This document shows positions 1-9,217 of a stretch of DNA of 64,000 bases, one piece after another. Origin of the DNA: Cenarchaeum sp. Its GTDB lineage: Archaea > Thermoproteota > Nitrososphaeria > Nitrososphaerales > Nitrosopumilaceae. Made by a program: the position numbers and the translations under genes. Location of the stretch: contig CBDESU010000001.1 in the NCBI GenBank assembly GCA_965242695.1, positions 1,120,001-1,184,000 of the forward strand, given 5' to 3'. Each line of letters opens with the position of its first letter. Position 1 is the first letter of the stretch. The notes under the pieces were generated by a model. It was given only the letters and a program-made list of their open reading frames with translations. It was not told the DNA's origin and did not search any database.

Positions 1-34
1 CGCGCCGCGCCGCACATGCACCCGAACTGCGGCG

Positions 35-778
35 CTACCGCCGCGCCGCCCTCTTTCCTGCCCCGCGCCCCGAGCCCCGCGCCCCCGCGCGGGCCTGCCC
101 CGCGGCGCGCTTCTCGTGCTCGGCGGCGATCCTGCGCCGGCGCTCGCGGGCGGAGCGGCGCCTGCCGCCGGCGCTGCACGCATCCGAGCAGTAGCGGACG
201 GCCGAGTGGGTCGCGGAGAATGCCTTGCCGCACTCGCCGCACTTTGCGCGCCACACCCTTCCGACCTCCCTGTCGGCCTTGGCCGTGCATCGCCTGCAGT
301 GGGAATGGTGCGTGCGGCCGTACGTCGCAAAGCTGCGGCCGCACAGCCTGCATGTGGACGGCTCGGCGGCCGGCGCGCCGCGCCGCGCGCGCCCTGTGTC
401 GCGGCCCGCCCGCGTCCGAGTCTTCGTCCGCGGCCGCCGCGGCGGCCGCCCGCCCCTCGCCCGGGCCCTGCGGGCCGCCGCGGCGGCCCTCGTGCGCGCC
501 ATAATTGCGGCGCGCTTCTCTGGGTCTGCCATGTACCTGCGCATGTACCCGCGGACGCGGCGCCGCCTGCCGTCGGCGCGGCACTCGTCCGAGCAGTATC
601 GGGGGACGCGGCTGGCAGTCGAGAACGCCTTGCCGCACTCCTTGCATTCTACGCGCCGCGTCCTGCCCGCCTTCTTGCCGGCCTTGGCGGCGCATCGCCG
701 GCAGCGGGATCGGCCGGCGCCGCGGCCGTACGGCGCAAAGGTGCGGCCGCACAGCCTGCAGGCGGGCCGGACGGACAT
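35..778 (-). CDS. Cys-rich zinc-finger protein with an internal duplication (2 x [CRLCGR..CRRC + CxECGK..YCSDxC])
   Basis: ATG at 778 (MSVRPACRLCGR) lies ~25 nt downstream of a TTATAA box at 802-807. Eight CxxC/CxxxC pairs occur in two homologous halves. The longer ORF-track start (1867) is an antisense extension over the TPR gene. Confidence 0.75.
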   Translation of the reverse strand: MSVRPACRLCGRTFAPYGRGAGRSRCRRCAAKAGKKAGRTRRVECKECGKAFSTASRVPRYCSDECRADGRRRRVRGYMRRYMADPEKRAAIMARTRAAAAARRARARGGRPPRRPRTKTRTRAGRDTGRARRGAPAAEPSTCRLCGRSFATYGRTHHSHCRRCTAKADREVGRVWRAKCGECGKAFSATHSAVRYCSDACSAGGRRRSARERRRRIAAEHEKRAAGQARAGARGSGRGAGKRAARR

Positions 779-1009
779 CGCGCCGCGCATCGAATGCGCG
801 GTTATAAGACTGGCGGGACGGACGGCGGGCGCCGGATTGCTGCCGGCGGCCCCGGAGCGGCCCCGGCCGCCGCCGCCCCCGCAGCCCAGGCCGCGCCGCA
901 TTTGCGCCCGCCGGCAGACCACCCTCGCCGGGCAGGGGCCGGCGATCGCGGCGCGGTCGCGGCCGGCCGGCCGGTCCCTGGACCTGCAGGCGCCCTCCTC
1001 CCCCCCCTC

Positions 1010-1031
1010 CCGCACCGCATAAATCCGCCCC
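1010..1031 (+). promoter_or_regulatory. Conserved promoter motif CCGCACCGCATAAATC(C/G)GCCCC upstream of a TPR gene
   Basis: The same 22-mer occurs at 3450-3471 and 63568-63589, each ending 16-17 nt before the ATG of a TPR gene. ATAAAT sits at an archaeal TATA-box distance. Confidence 0.6.
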
Positions 1032-1048
1032 TGCCCGGCGCCGAACGC

Positions 1049-2020
1049 ATGGCCGGCACAGGGGGAGGCGGAGCGCATGCCCGTCCCGCGCCGCCTGCCG
1101 GCCCGGGGCGCGATGCGGCTGCCGGAGAAAAGGCGGGCAGCTCCGATGCCCGAATGGACAGGGCCGCGGCCCTGGCCGCCGCCGGGCGCATCGAGGATGC
1201 GCTCGCGCACCTGGACGACGCCGTGCGGATCGACGGGTCGAATTCCAGGGCGCATGCCATGCGCGGCTCCCTGCTCGCGAGCCTCTCTAGGCACGCCGAG
1301 GCCGAGCTCGCATTCAGGGCGGCCATCGCGGCCGACCCAGGCGATTCCTCCAGCCACACGGGGCTTGGACTGGCGCTCATAAGGCTCGGCCGGAACAGGG
1401 AAGCCTTCGAGCCGCTCGCCGAGGCGGTGCGCCTTGATCCGTCCAGATCGCGCGTGCAGGCGGCGCCCGGCGGAGGCCTGGCGGGGGCCGGCCGCCCCGC
1501 CGAGGCCGCCGAGGCGCGCGGCAGGGCGGCTCGGATGCGCCCCGACACGGCAGTTATCCGCGCCAAGAGGGGCTGGGCGCTGCTCGATGCCGGCAGGGGC
1601 AAAAAGGCGCTCGCCGCATTCACGAGGGCCGTCGAGCTCGACCCGCGGCTCGCAGATGCCCATGTGGGGAGGGGCACCGCGCTGTTCACGATGAACGCGC
1701 ACAAGAGGGCGCTCGCCGCATTCACGAGGGCCGCGCGGCTCGATCCCCGCAGGGCGGCGGCCCACTACGGGCGGGCGCGGTCCCTCCAGAACATCGGCCT
1801 CGCCAAGAGGGCCCTTGCCGCCATCGACAGGGCCGCGGCCGAGGGGATGGGCGGGGCAGACATGCACATTGTGCGCGGCGACATCCTCTGCGGCCTGGAC
1901 AGGTACGGCGAGGCCGCCGCCGAGTTCGAGGAGGCGGCCAGGATCAGGCCCGGCGACAGGGACGCCGCAATGGCCCTCGGAGCGGTCCGGCGCAAGATGG
2001 CCGGGCGGAAGAGGCCGTAG
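1049..2020 (+). CDS. TPR-repeat protein
   Basis: 34-aa repeats such as ADAHVGRGTALFTMNAHKRALAAFTRAARLDP. Start placed at ATG 1049 after the promoter motif. Confidence 0.85.
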   Translation: MAGTGGGGAHARPAPPAGPGRDAAAGEKAGSSDARMDRAAALAAAGRIEDALAHLDDAVRIDGSNSRAHAMRGSLLASLSRHAEAELAFRAAIAADPGDSSSHTGLGLALIRLGRNREAFEPLAEAVRLDPSRSRVQAAPGGGLAGAGRPAEAAEARGRAARMRPDTAVIRAKRGWALLDAGRGKKALAAFTRAVELDPRLADAHVGRGTALFTMNAHKRALAAFTRAARLDPRRAAAHYGRARSLQNIGLAKRALAAIDRAAAEGMGGADMHIVRGDILCGLDRYGEAAAEFEEAARIRPGDRDAAMALGAVRRKMAGRKRP

Positions 2021-2146
2021 GGCCGCGCGGCGGGGGCGCGGGGCCGAGCGGGCATGCGAACCGCTCGCCGGCGCGCAGGGAAGAGGCCGCAGGGCCGCGC
2101 GGCGGGAGTGCGGGGCCGCGCAGTGCCGATCGGCCCCGAGATCCCC

Positions 2147-3331
2147 CTAGCGCACAACGACCCCCCTGCGCGCCGCCGCCGCAAGCCTAGAGATCAGCTC
2201 CTTTTCCGCATCCCGAAAGCCGCAGTCGGCGTCGCGCCAAAAGCCGCGCCAGGCCTCGTTGGGCAGGCCGGCTACCGTGTCGCGGCCCGATCCGCCCCGT
2301 TCCCGCCCCCCGCCCGAATAGCCGCGCAGTCCGGCCCGCCCGAACGTCGGAAGCACGGCGGCGGCAGCCTCTTGGAGCGGTTCGGACGGGAAGGCGTGGC
2401 CGTACCCGGGCGGCGGACCACCATACGGCTGCGCCATCGCGCCCCATTCCGCCCTGATGCGATCCGCCTCGAGATCGTGCCCGAGAAGGCGCATCCCGGC
2501 GCCGAGCAGGCGCATCCCGGCCTCGCCGGAGGGGCGGTCCTGCCTGGCCAGCAAATTGAGCTTGTATACGCCAGTGCCTGTTTTGGAGACGAGGTGCGGG
2601 TTCGAGTGCGCGTACGCGGGCCCCGCAGCAAACAGGGCAAAGAGATCGCAGGATGCCTCCTGCATCCACTCGGACTTCCACCGGGACCGCATCCACCCTG
2701 CTTCGTCCTTCGCCGGCAGGGGATCAGACTCGCGCCCCCTGCTGCCCGACAGTTCCGAGTACCATCCGCCGATGGCCCCAAGCGCACCACCCATACCGTC
2801 CAGGATGGGCCTGCATTCGGCCCCCCGATCCACATGGCGGGACGACAAACGGCCCGGCTCGTGGCAAAAGTCGGGCATGTGCGGCAGGAATGCCGCCTCC
2901 GAGAGCGGGACGTGCACGGTGCTGGCGGCCAGATGCACAAAATAGTAGCCGCCCGACGTGCACGGCGCCGCGGGGCATGGAAACGGCAGGCCCACTTCTC
3001 CGTGCATTGCGGACAGTGCATCGCTGAGAAGCACGGCCTGCTCCGACTGGCAGTGCGGTGGAGGCAAGCCGTATCCTTCGGCCGCGGCGATGGCCCGGGT
3101 ACGCATCTTCAGGATCCGCATCGCCTTGGCGGCAGCGCCGTCCATGCCGCCGCCGCCAGGCAGTGCGCCGGCCCGCTCCAGCAGGCGCGCCTGCGTTTCT
3201 AGCATGTCCCTGCATGCGGCGGCCAGCCGTTCCGGCGCCGCATGCCGCTGCCTGGCGGGGATTTCGGCCATCAGGGACTCTGCCCTGTCGATCTGCTCTC
3301 GGATGATGCACCTCAAGTAGAGGGCGCCCAT
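2147..3331 (-). CDS. Hypothetical protein resembling HEXXH-type metallopeptidase-like proteins, with degenerate motifs
   Basis: Protein-like composition from MGALYLRCII. Motifs FCHEPGR (HExxH-like with last His lost) and WMQEASCDLFALFAAGPAYA. Confidence 0.6.
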   Translation of the reverse strand: MGALYLRCIIREQIDRAESLMAEIPARQRHAAPERLAAACRDMLETQARLLERAGALPGGGGMDGAAAKAMRILKMRTRAIAAAEGYGLPPPHCQSEQAVLLSDALSAMHGEVGLPFPCPAAPCTSGGYYFVHLAASTVHVPLSEAAFLPHMPDFCHEPGRLSSRHVDRGAECRPILDGMGGALGAIGGWYSELSGSRGRESDPLPAKDEAGWMRSRWKSEWMQEASCDLFALFAAGPAYAHSNPHLVSKTGTGVYKLNLLARQDRPSGEAGMRLLGAGMRLLGHDLEADRIRAEWGAMAQPYGGPPPGYGHAFPSEPLQEAAAAVLPTFGRAGLRGYSGGGRERGGSGRDTVAGLPNEAWRGFWRDADCGFRDAEKELISRLAAAARRGVVVR

Positions 3332-3487
3332 AATCTGTACATCTTCCCGAACAGGGATGCGCATACGCTGCCAGGGGCATCCGAGATGCCGCCGAGTATC
3401 GACAATCCCTCGCACGAGGCCGTCCTGCCGCCCGTCCCCGCCCTCACCCCCGCACCGCATAAATCCGCCCCCTCCGCCCCCTCCCGC

Positions 3488-4516
3488 ATGGCAAGCGGGA
3501 TGGGCAAGGGCGGAGGAGGCCGCAGGCCCTGGAGCATCCGCATGGAGTTTGGCGCCGAGCCCGGCGCGGGGCGCATGGTGGCAGGGGGCGCAGAGGGCGA
3601 GAAGATCAGCATTGGCGCCTGCCACGAGGCCGTCCGCCACGACCCCGGCAGCGTCGATGCCCGCATGGACAGGGCATGGGCCCTGGCAGGGGCCGGGCGC
3701 ACCGGAGAGGCGCTCGCCGACCTGGAGGAGGCCGCGCGGATCGACGGCTCGCGCTGCGAGGCGCACGGCATGCGCGGCATCATACTCATGGACGCCTCGC
3801 GGCACGCCGAGGCCCTGCGCGCGTTCGGGGATGCGGTCGCCGCGGACCCCGGCTACGTGGCCGGCCACATGGGAGTCGGAATGGCATGCATGGGCCTCGG
3901 CCGGAACACGGACGCCATCGAGTCGTTCGGCGAGGCGGCGCGGCTCGACCCGTCGAGCGCGGACGCGCAGATCGGGCTCGGCGATGCGCTAGGCGAGGAG
4001 GGGCGCGCCGCCGAGGCCCTCGAGTCGTACGAAAGGGCGGCGCGGCTGTCCCCCGGCAGCGCCACTGCCCGCATGAGGGTTGGCGGCGCGCTCATCGAGG
4101 AGGGGAGGTTCAGGGAGGCGCTTGCCGCGTACGCGAGGGCCGCGAGGCTAGAGCCGGGACTTGCCGAGGCGCATGTCGGAAGGGGCAGCGCGCTGCTCGA
4201 GGCGGACAGGCACAGGAGGGCGCTGGCCGCGTTTTCAAGGGCCGCGCGGCTGGATCCGGGCAGCGCAGACGCCCACTGCGGGCGCGCCGAGGCGCTCTAC
4301 CACCTGGGCCTCGTCAAAAAGGCCATGGCGGCCGCCGACAAGGCCGTGGCCACGGATCCCGGCAGCGCAGACGCCCACATTGTGCGCGGCGAGATACTCG
4401 AGGGCACGGGGCGGCGCAGGGAGGCGGTGGCCGAGCTCGAAGAGGCCGTGCGGATCGATCCGGACAGCGAGTACGCCGCGGCGGCGCTCGAAATTGCGCG
4501 GCGCGGGGCCCGATGA
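3488..4516 (+). CDS. TPR-repeat protein, paralog of 1049-2020
   Basis: About 9 TPRs (e.g. ADAQIGLGDALGEEGRAAEALESYERAARLSP). ATG follows the shared promoter motif at 3450-3471. Confidence 0.85.
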   Translation: MASGMGKGGGGRRPWSIRMEFGAEPGAGRMVAGGAEGEKISIGACHEAVRHDPGSVDARMDRAWALAGAGRTGEALADLEEAARIDGSRCEAHGMRGIILMDASRHAEALRAFGDAVAADPGYVAGHMGVGMACMGLGRNTDAIESFGEAARLDPSSADAQIGLGDALGEEGRAAEALESYERAARLSPGSATARMRVGGALIEEGRFREALAAYARAARLEPGLAEAHVGRGSALLEADRHRRALAAFSRAARLDPGSADAHCGRAEALYHLGLVKKAMAAADKAVATDPGSADAHIVRGEILEGTGRRREAVAELEEAVRIDPDSEYAAAALEIARRGAR

Positions 4517-5790
4517 TGCGACCCCCCCCCCAGATTGAGAACGATTTTGAGGCCATTTTGGGGGGAGGGGGGAGTCTGGCGCCCGATCGCCGCCACCGTC
4601 ATGTCGGCCCCTCCCCCTCCCCATCGTCTCTTTCCCAGAGCCTGAAGAACCCGTCGGGCGGCAGCCGCCCGATCGACGAGCGGGCCCTGTCGGCGTCGTA
4701 GTCCTTGAGGGCGCAGGCCGGGTGCGCCTCGGCGTCCTGGAAGCTCTCAAAGTCGTGCGGGCGGACGTAGTCGCGCCTGGGCGCGTCGTGGAACGACTCG
4801 ATGTGGCCGTTCTGCCGGGGGGGGGGTGCCGACCCAGATGTACTCGACGGCGAGGCCGAGGACCTTTATCGCCGCCCTGAACTCGCCGCTCCTGCACTGC
4901 GAGCCGTTGTCGCAGTGAATGCGCATCCCCCTGGCCCGCTCGGGCCGCAGCTCCGCCACGGCCCCGGTCGCCGGCCGGACGGCCGACGACGCCTGGGCCG
5001 ACGTCGAGAGCGCGTATCCGAGCCAGCGGCGTGCGACACGTCGAGCACGTTGAAGCGGTAGCGCCACCCGTCGACGCCGCAGTCTGTATATGTAATGTCC
5101 GTCTCGGGCAGCCGGTACGGCGCCGTGGGGAAGAGCTGCGGCTTCCGCGCCTTTGCGGCCCGAGCAGCCTGTTTTTTCGTCATTTTTGGCCATTTTACCT
5201 CCAAGATGTTGCATATTCGCACCACCTTCTTGCGGTCGACCCTGCGCCGCATCTCGCGCGACGCGGCGTGCGCCAGCATCCTCGTCCCGCAGGTGGGCAT
5301 CTCCGAGGATATGCGGGTCACGGCCCTTGCGACTGCCATGTCGATATCCCTCTTGACGGGCCTCTTCCTGTAGTAGTACGCCTGGCGCGAGACGCCGCAG
5401 TACCTTGGCGCCCGGGTCGGGCTCGCCTTGCCCTCCGCTATCCTCTTGACCGCGCCCACCCTCTCCTCGACTCCCAGCTTTTTTTTAGCTCGGCAATGAC
5501 CAGGGCCTGCTCGCCGACGACGATCTTGAGCGCCTCGATCTCCCCGGCCTGCGCCTTGGCAGGATCGCTCCTGCCGTTGCCTCCTATGCCGGCAAGCTCC
5601 CTCTTGCCCGCGTCCATGAACCTCTTGCGCCAGTTGCCGAACGTGGTCGGCGAGAGGCCGTGCTTGCGGCATATCAAGGCCACGCCGATGTTCGTCGAGA
5701 GGTACTCGACCACCATGTCCACCCGCTACTTGGCGTCCACCGCCTGTGCGTCATTTTTTCGCCTCCCCGGCGCCCCCGGGGCTCTCAACC
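4514..5790 (-). mobile_element. Degraded IS3-family insertion sequence (orfA/orfB, several frameshifts)
   Basis: orfA HTH (ALICRKHGLSPTTFGNWRKRF). A8G slippery tract at ~5478-5486 at the orfA/orfB junction. orfB DDE pieces (ETDITY, HCDNGSQ, Q-NGHIESFH) lie in different frames. An IS3-like right end ...GGGGTCGCATCA ends at 4514; the left end is not recognisable. Confidence 0.8.
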
Positions 5791-6170
5791 CCTCCCATTC
5801 CGATCGTTCTCGCTCTACGGGGGCCCTCGCCAAGAGAGCGATCATCCCTGCCTCCCAGACTTCTCATCCACGCCGGCGTCGGCCGCCCGCACAATGCATC
5901 TTTTGGGATCCCGCACCATACAGGGCCACCCGCAAGCAACATATCCGGCGGCATGCGCCGCGCGGCGTTGCAGGATGTGGCAGGAACGAAGGCTGGCGGC
6001 AGGCGCGGCCGCTCGGCCCCGACTCGCGGAAAGGCCGCCGGTCGCTCCAAGCCGGCCGCGCGCCTCAACGCCCGCGGCCACATGGCGCCGGCAGTAGGCG
6101 CGGGGCGGCCGACGGGCGGTGCCCGGCCCGCAGGGGCGGCGCCCGGCCTGCCCCGCGGAGGCCGGTTCTG

Positions 6171-6835
6171 TTGACGCTCCTGGCGATAGGCGCGGCAGGG
6201 ACTGCATCATGGCGCTCTCGGACCGCAAGGAGAGCGTTTCCCAATCCGATCCCAACGAAGTGACAAAGTGCTACCTGTGTGTCGCGGAAGGCTACTACAT
6301 GGCCCTTTCGGGCAGCGGAAAGACGGCAAGTGGCCTGCTGAACGAGCTGAGGATCAACGAGCCTTCCGTAGCCGACATTTTCAAAGAGATCGACAGGCTG
6401 GCGGCAAAATTGTACCTGTCGCATCAAGAGGGGAACGTAGCCGGCCACCTGATCGTGGCAGACGGCGGCGAGTTCAAGGTGTACGGCTTCACCATCGTAT
6501 CCGGCATCATGGCGTACCACCAGTACACCTCCGGCATGGTCGCCGAGGGCGACGCGGGTGCAGTGGCCCTCTGCGAGCGCCTTGCGCGGGACATGCCCAT
6601 GTCCGACATGCCCTGCGAGACAGCCGCCAGATGCCTGCACACCATGGCCAGCTGCATAGCAGAGACGGTCGAGAGCGTAGGGGGCGGCGACGAGTACGGA
6701 TTCGACATGGTCGTATTTTCAAATTCCGGAACCATGACGCAGCTTTGGCGGCGCACAGACAGGGTGGGCTCGATCCGCGCCCGCTTCGAGCCGTCCGGCG
6801 CGGGGCTGCTCTTCGGCCCGGACGAGGTGGGATAA
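6171..6835 (+). pseudogene. Proteasome-beta-like Ntn peptidase, copy 1 (1-nt deletion near codon 8)
   Basis: TTG ACG start with GGAGG 9 nt upstream. Reads GGC-GC-GGC where copy 2 has GGC-TGC-GGC, shifting the frame. The remainder (SDRKES...EVTK...MALSG) is intact. Could be a sequencing error. Confidence 0.7.
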
Positions 6836-6836
6836 C

Positions 6837-8135
6837 GTGGACGACAGGGCGTACGGGTCCGCAAGGGCCGCCATATCGGAAAAGGTCGATGCGTACTTTG
6901 CGGCGCATGGGCTGGCAGATATACTGGGCGAGGCGGGGGCCGAGTCCGGCAGAGGCGAGATCCTCGCACTGGTGCGGCGCCTGGCCGCGGACGACACGCA
7001 TGCGCTCCTAGCCCCCATCTCGGCGGGCCTGCGCGAGGCCGTCTCTGACGACGACGAGTTTGCACGAGTCGCCAGCGGCGTAGTCGAAAAAATGCGCCCC
7101 ATTCCGTTCCAGAGGCCGCTTGCGGATGCGCTGGCGCGGGCGGGCAGGGATCGGCCGGCCGAGGCGGCCGGCGCCGCGGCCCGGCTGGTCGGGCTCGGCG
7201 CCGCCGACTTTGCGGCGTTTATGATCGGCGGGGCGTACGGCGGGGCCGGCCCCGGGTGCGACGGCCTGGTCGAGCGGCTCCTCTCGTCGGAGGATCCGAG
7301 GGAGATTGCCGCTGCCCTGAGGGCCCTCAGGGTGGCATGCGACGAGCACGGCTCGCCGGACGCGGGGCGCATCAGGGACGCCGTCGAGCGCGCGCTGGCC
7401 CACGACGACGAAGAGGTGCAAAGGGAGGCCATGGTAGCCCTCTTGGACCTCTGCCGCGGCCGCGACGACGCGGCAGCGGAGGGCATGATCGAGTCGATGG
7501 CGGCCCGGCACGAGCGATCCCGCCCCGTCCTGGCCGCCCACATCTGGCGCGACTCGCCGTTTGACGACGAAAAGAGCCTGCGCTACCTCGGGGCCTGCAT
7601 GGGGCACGGGTGCGACCGGCATGTGATGCACATTGCATACTGCGCCCTGGCAAAGATGGCCGGAAGCAGCCCCGGCGGCGTCGCCAGGCTGCTCGCATGG
7701 ATGTTCGACAGCGGCTGGCATGACGGCGCGCGGGCAGGGCCGGTCCTAGACGAGCTGGGCAGGAAGGGCGCGCCGGATGCGGTCGCCGCCATCCTAGAGG
7801 CGCGGGATCACTCGCGCGGCGGCAGGTTCGGCGAGCGCCTAGAGTCGGCCGTGGTGCGCATCGCGCGGAACGCCGGCCGCGGCGAGGTGGCCGAGACGGT
7901 GCTTTGCGCGATCGACGGGCGGCCTGCCAGGCGCGGCCCGTGCCTGCGCATCCTGTCCCTGCTCGCGCAGGAGGACTGGCTGGACGGGGGCGGTCCCGAG
8001 CTGCTCGAGTGGATAATGTCGCGCCTGTGCGCGCGCCCCGCCGAGGCTGCCGGCAGGGGAGGCTCCGAGGCGGGCGGCGAGAGCGTGCCCGAGAGCGTGC
8101 CCGAGCGCGCCGAGGTTCCGGCCATCCCCGCGTAG
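6837..8135 (+). CDS. Alpha-helical (HEAT/ARM-like) solenoid protein, copy 1
   Basis: 432 aa with a helical-repeat pattern (LVERLLSSEDPREIAAALRAL; ALAHDDEEVQREAMVAL). Starts 1 nt after the peptidase stop; five paralogs. Confidence 0.8.
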   Translation: MDDRAYGSARAAISEKVDAYFAAHGLADILGEAGAESGRGEILALVRRLAADDTHALLAPISAGLREAVSDDDEFARVASGVVEKMRPIPFQRPLADALARAGRDRPAEAAGAAARLVGLGAADFAAFMIGGAYGGAGPGCDGLVERLLSSEDPREIAAALRALRVACDEHGSPDAGRIRDAVERALAHDDEEVQREAMVALLDLCRGRDDAAAEGMIESMAARHERSRPVLAAHIWRDSPFDDEKSLRYLGACMGHGCDRHVMHIAYCALAKMAGSSPGGVARLLAWMFDSGWHDGARAGPVLDELGRKGAPDAVAAILEARDHSRGGRFGERLESAVVRIARNAGRGEVAETVLCAIDGRPARRGPCLRILSLLAQEDWLDGGGPELLEWIMSRLCARPAEAAGRGGSEAGGESVPESVPERAEVPAIPA

Positions 8136-8550
8136 CATGCCCGTTCTGATCGTGGCCTTGCGGCAGGCGGCTGGCATTCGGATCGCCCCGCCCGGCCGGA
8201 ATGCCGAGGGCGTGCTAGTGATCATCCCGGCCGCCCAGACTTCTCATCCACGCCGGCGTCGGCCGCCCGCACAAGGCGGCTTTTGGGATCCCGCACCCCG
8301 CCGGGCCGCCCGCAAGCAACATATCCGGCAGCATGCGCCGCGCGGCGTTGCAGGATGTGGCAGGAACGAAGGCTGGCGGCCGGCGCGGCCGCTCGGCCTC
8401 GGCCCGCGGAAATGCTGCCGGCGGCTCCAAGCCCGCCGCGCGCCGCGGCGCACGCGGCCACGTGGCGCCGGCAGTAGGCGCGGGGCGGCTGACGGACGGT
8501 ACCCGGCCTGCAGGGGCGGCGCCCGGCCTGCCCCGCGGAGGCCGGTTCTG

Positions 8551-9216
8551 TTGACGCTCCTACTCATAGGCTGCGGCCGGGACTGCATCCTAGCGCTCTC
8601 GGACCGCAAGGAGAGCGTCGACCAATCCGATCCCAACGAAGTGACAAAGTACTACCTGAGTGACGCGGGGGACGTGTACATGGCACTTGCGGGCAACGCA
8701 GAGACGGCGGAGAACCTGCTAAGTGAGGTAAGGCTCCGCCGGCCGTCGGGAGCCGGCATCTTCAGAGAGATCGACAGGGTTGCAGCGGAACTGTTTGCAA
8801 AGCAGATTAGGGAAGAGGTGGCCGGCCACCTGATCGTGGCAGACGGCGGCGAGTTCAAGGTGTACGGCATCACCGTCGCATCCGGCATCGCGGCGTACTA
8901 CCAGCGCACCGACATCATACCTGCGGAAGGCGACTTGAGGGCGGTGGCCATCTACAAGCGCCTTGCGCGGGACATATCCATGTCCGACATGCCCTGCGAG
9001 ACAGCCACCAGATGCCTGCACACCATGGCCAGCTACATAGCAGAGACGGTCGAAAGCGTAGGAGAGTACGACCAGTACGGATTCGACATGGTCGTGTTTC
9101 CAAAGTCTGGAGATGCAATGGAGCTTCGGCGGCGCACGGATACAATGGGCTCGATCCGCACCCGCTTCGAGCCGTCCGGCACGGGGCCGCTTTTCGGCCC
9201 GAACGAGGTGACATAA
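8551..9216 (+). CDS. Proteasome-beta-like Ntn-hydrolase peptidase, copy 2 (intact, 221 aa)
   Basis: TTG start with SD-like GGAGG. After Met removal T1, D17, K32 and G47 match the spacing of proteasome beta/HslV catalytic residues (T1, D17, K33, G47). C-terminal ETVESVG resembles the D..SGG region. Confidence 0.75.
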   Translation: MTLLLIGCGRDCILALSDRKESVDQSDPNEVTKYYLSDAGDVYMALAGNAETAENLLSEVRLRRPSGAGIFREIDRVAAELFAKQIREEVAGHLIVADGGEFKVYGITVASGIAAYYQRTDIIPAEGDLRAVAIYKRLARDISMSDMPCETATRCLHTMASYIAETVESVGEYDQYGFDMVVFPKSGDAMELRRRTDTMGSIRTRFEPSGTGPLFGPNEVT

Positions 9217-9217
9217 C

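Noticed and set aside
116-1048. Long N-terminal extensions given by the ORF track (also 3242, 8137, 10728, 12309, 16405, 51991, 63962)
   Set aside because: Arg/Ala/Pro/Gly-rich read-through of GC-rich intergenic DNA; paralog alignment and TATA positions indicate later starts.
8551-9216. Calling the peptidase the housekeeping proteasome beta subunit (psmB) or Anbu
   Set aside because: No propeptide, no GSG motif, multicopy accessory context and none of the usual neighbouring genes, so no gene symbol was assigned.
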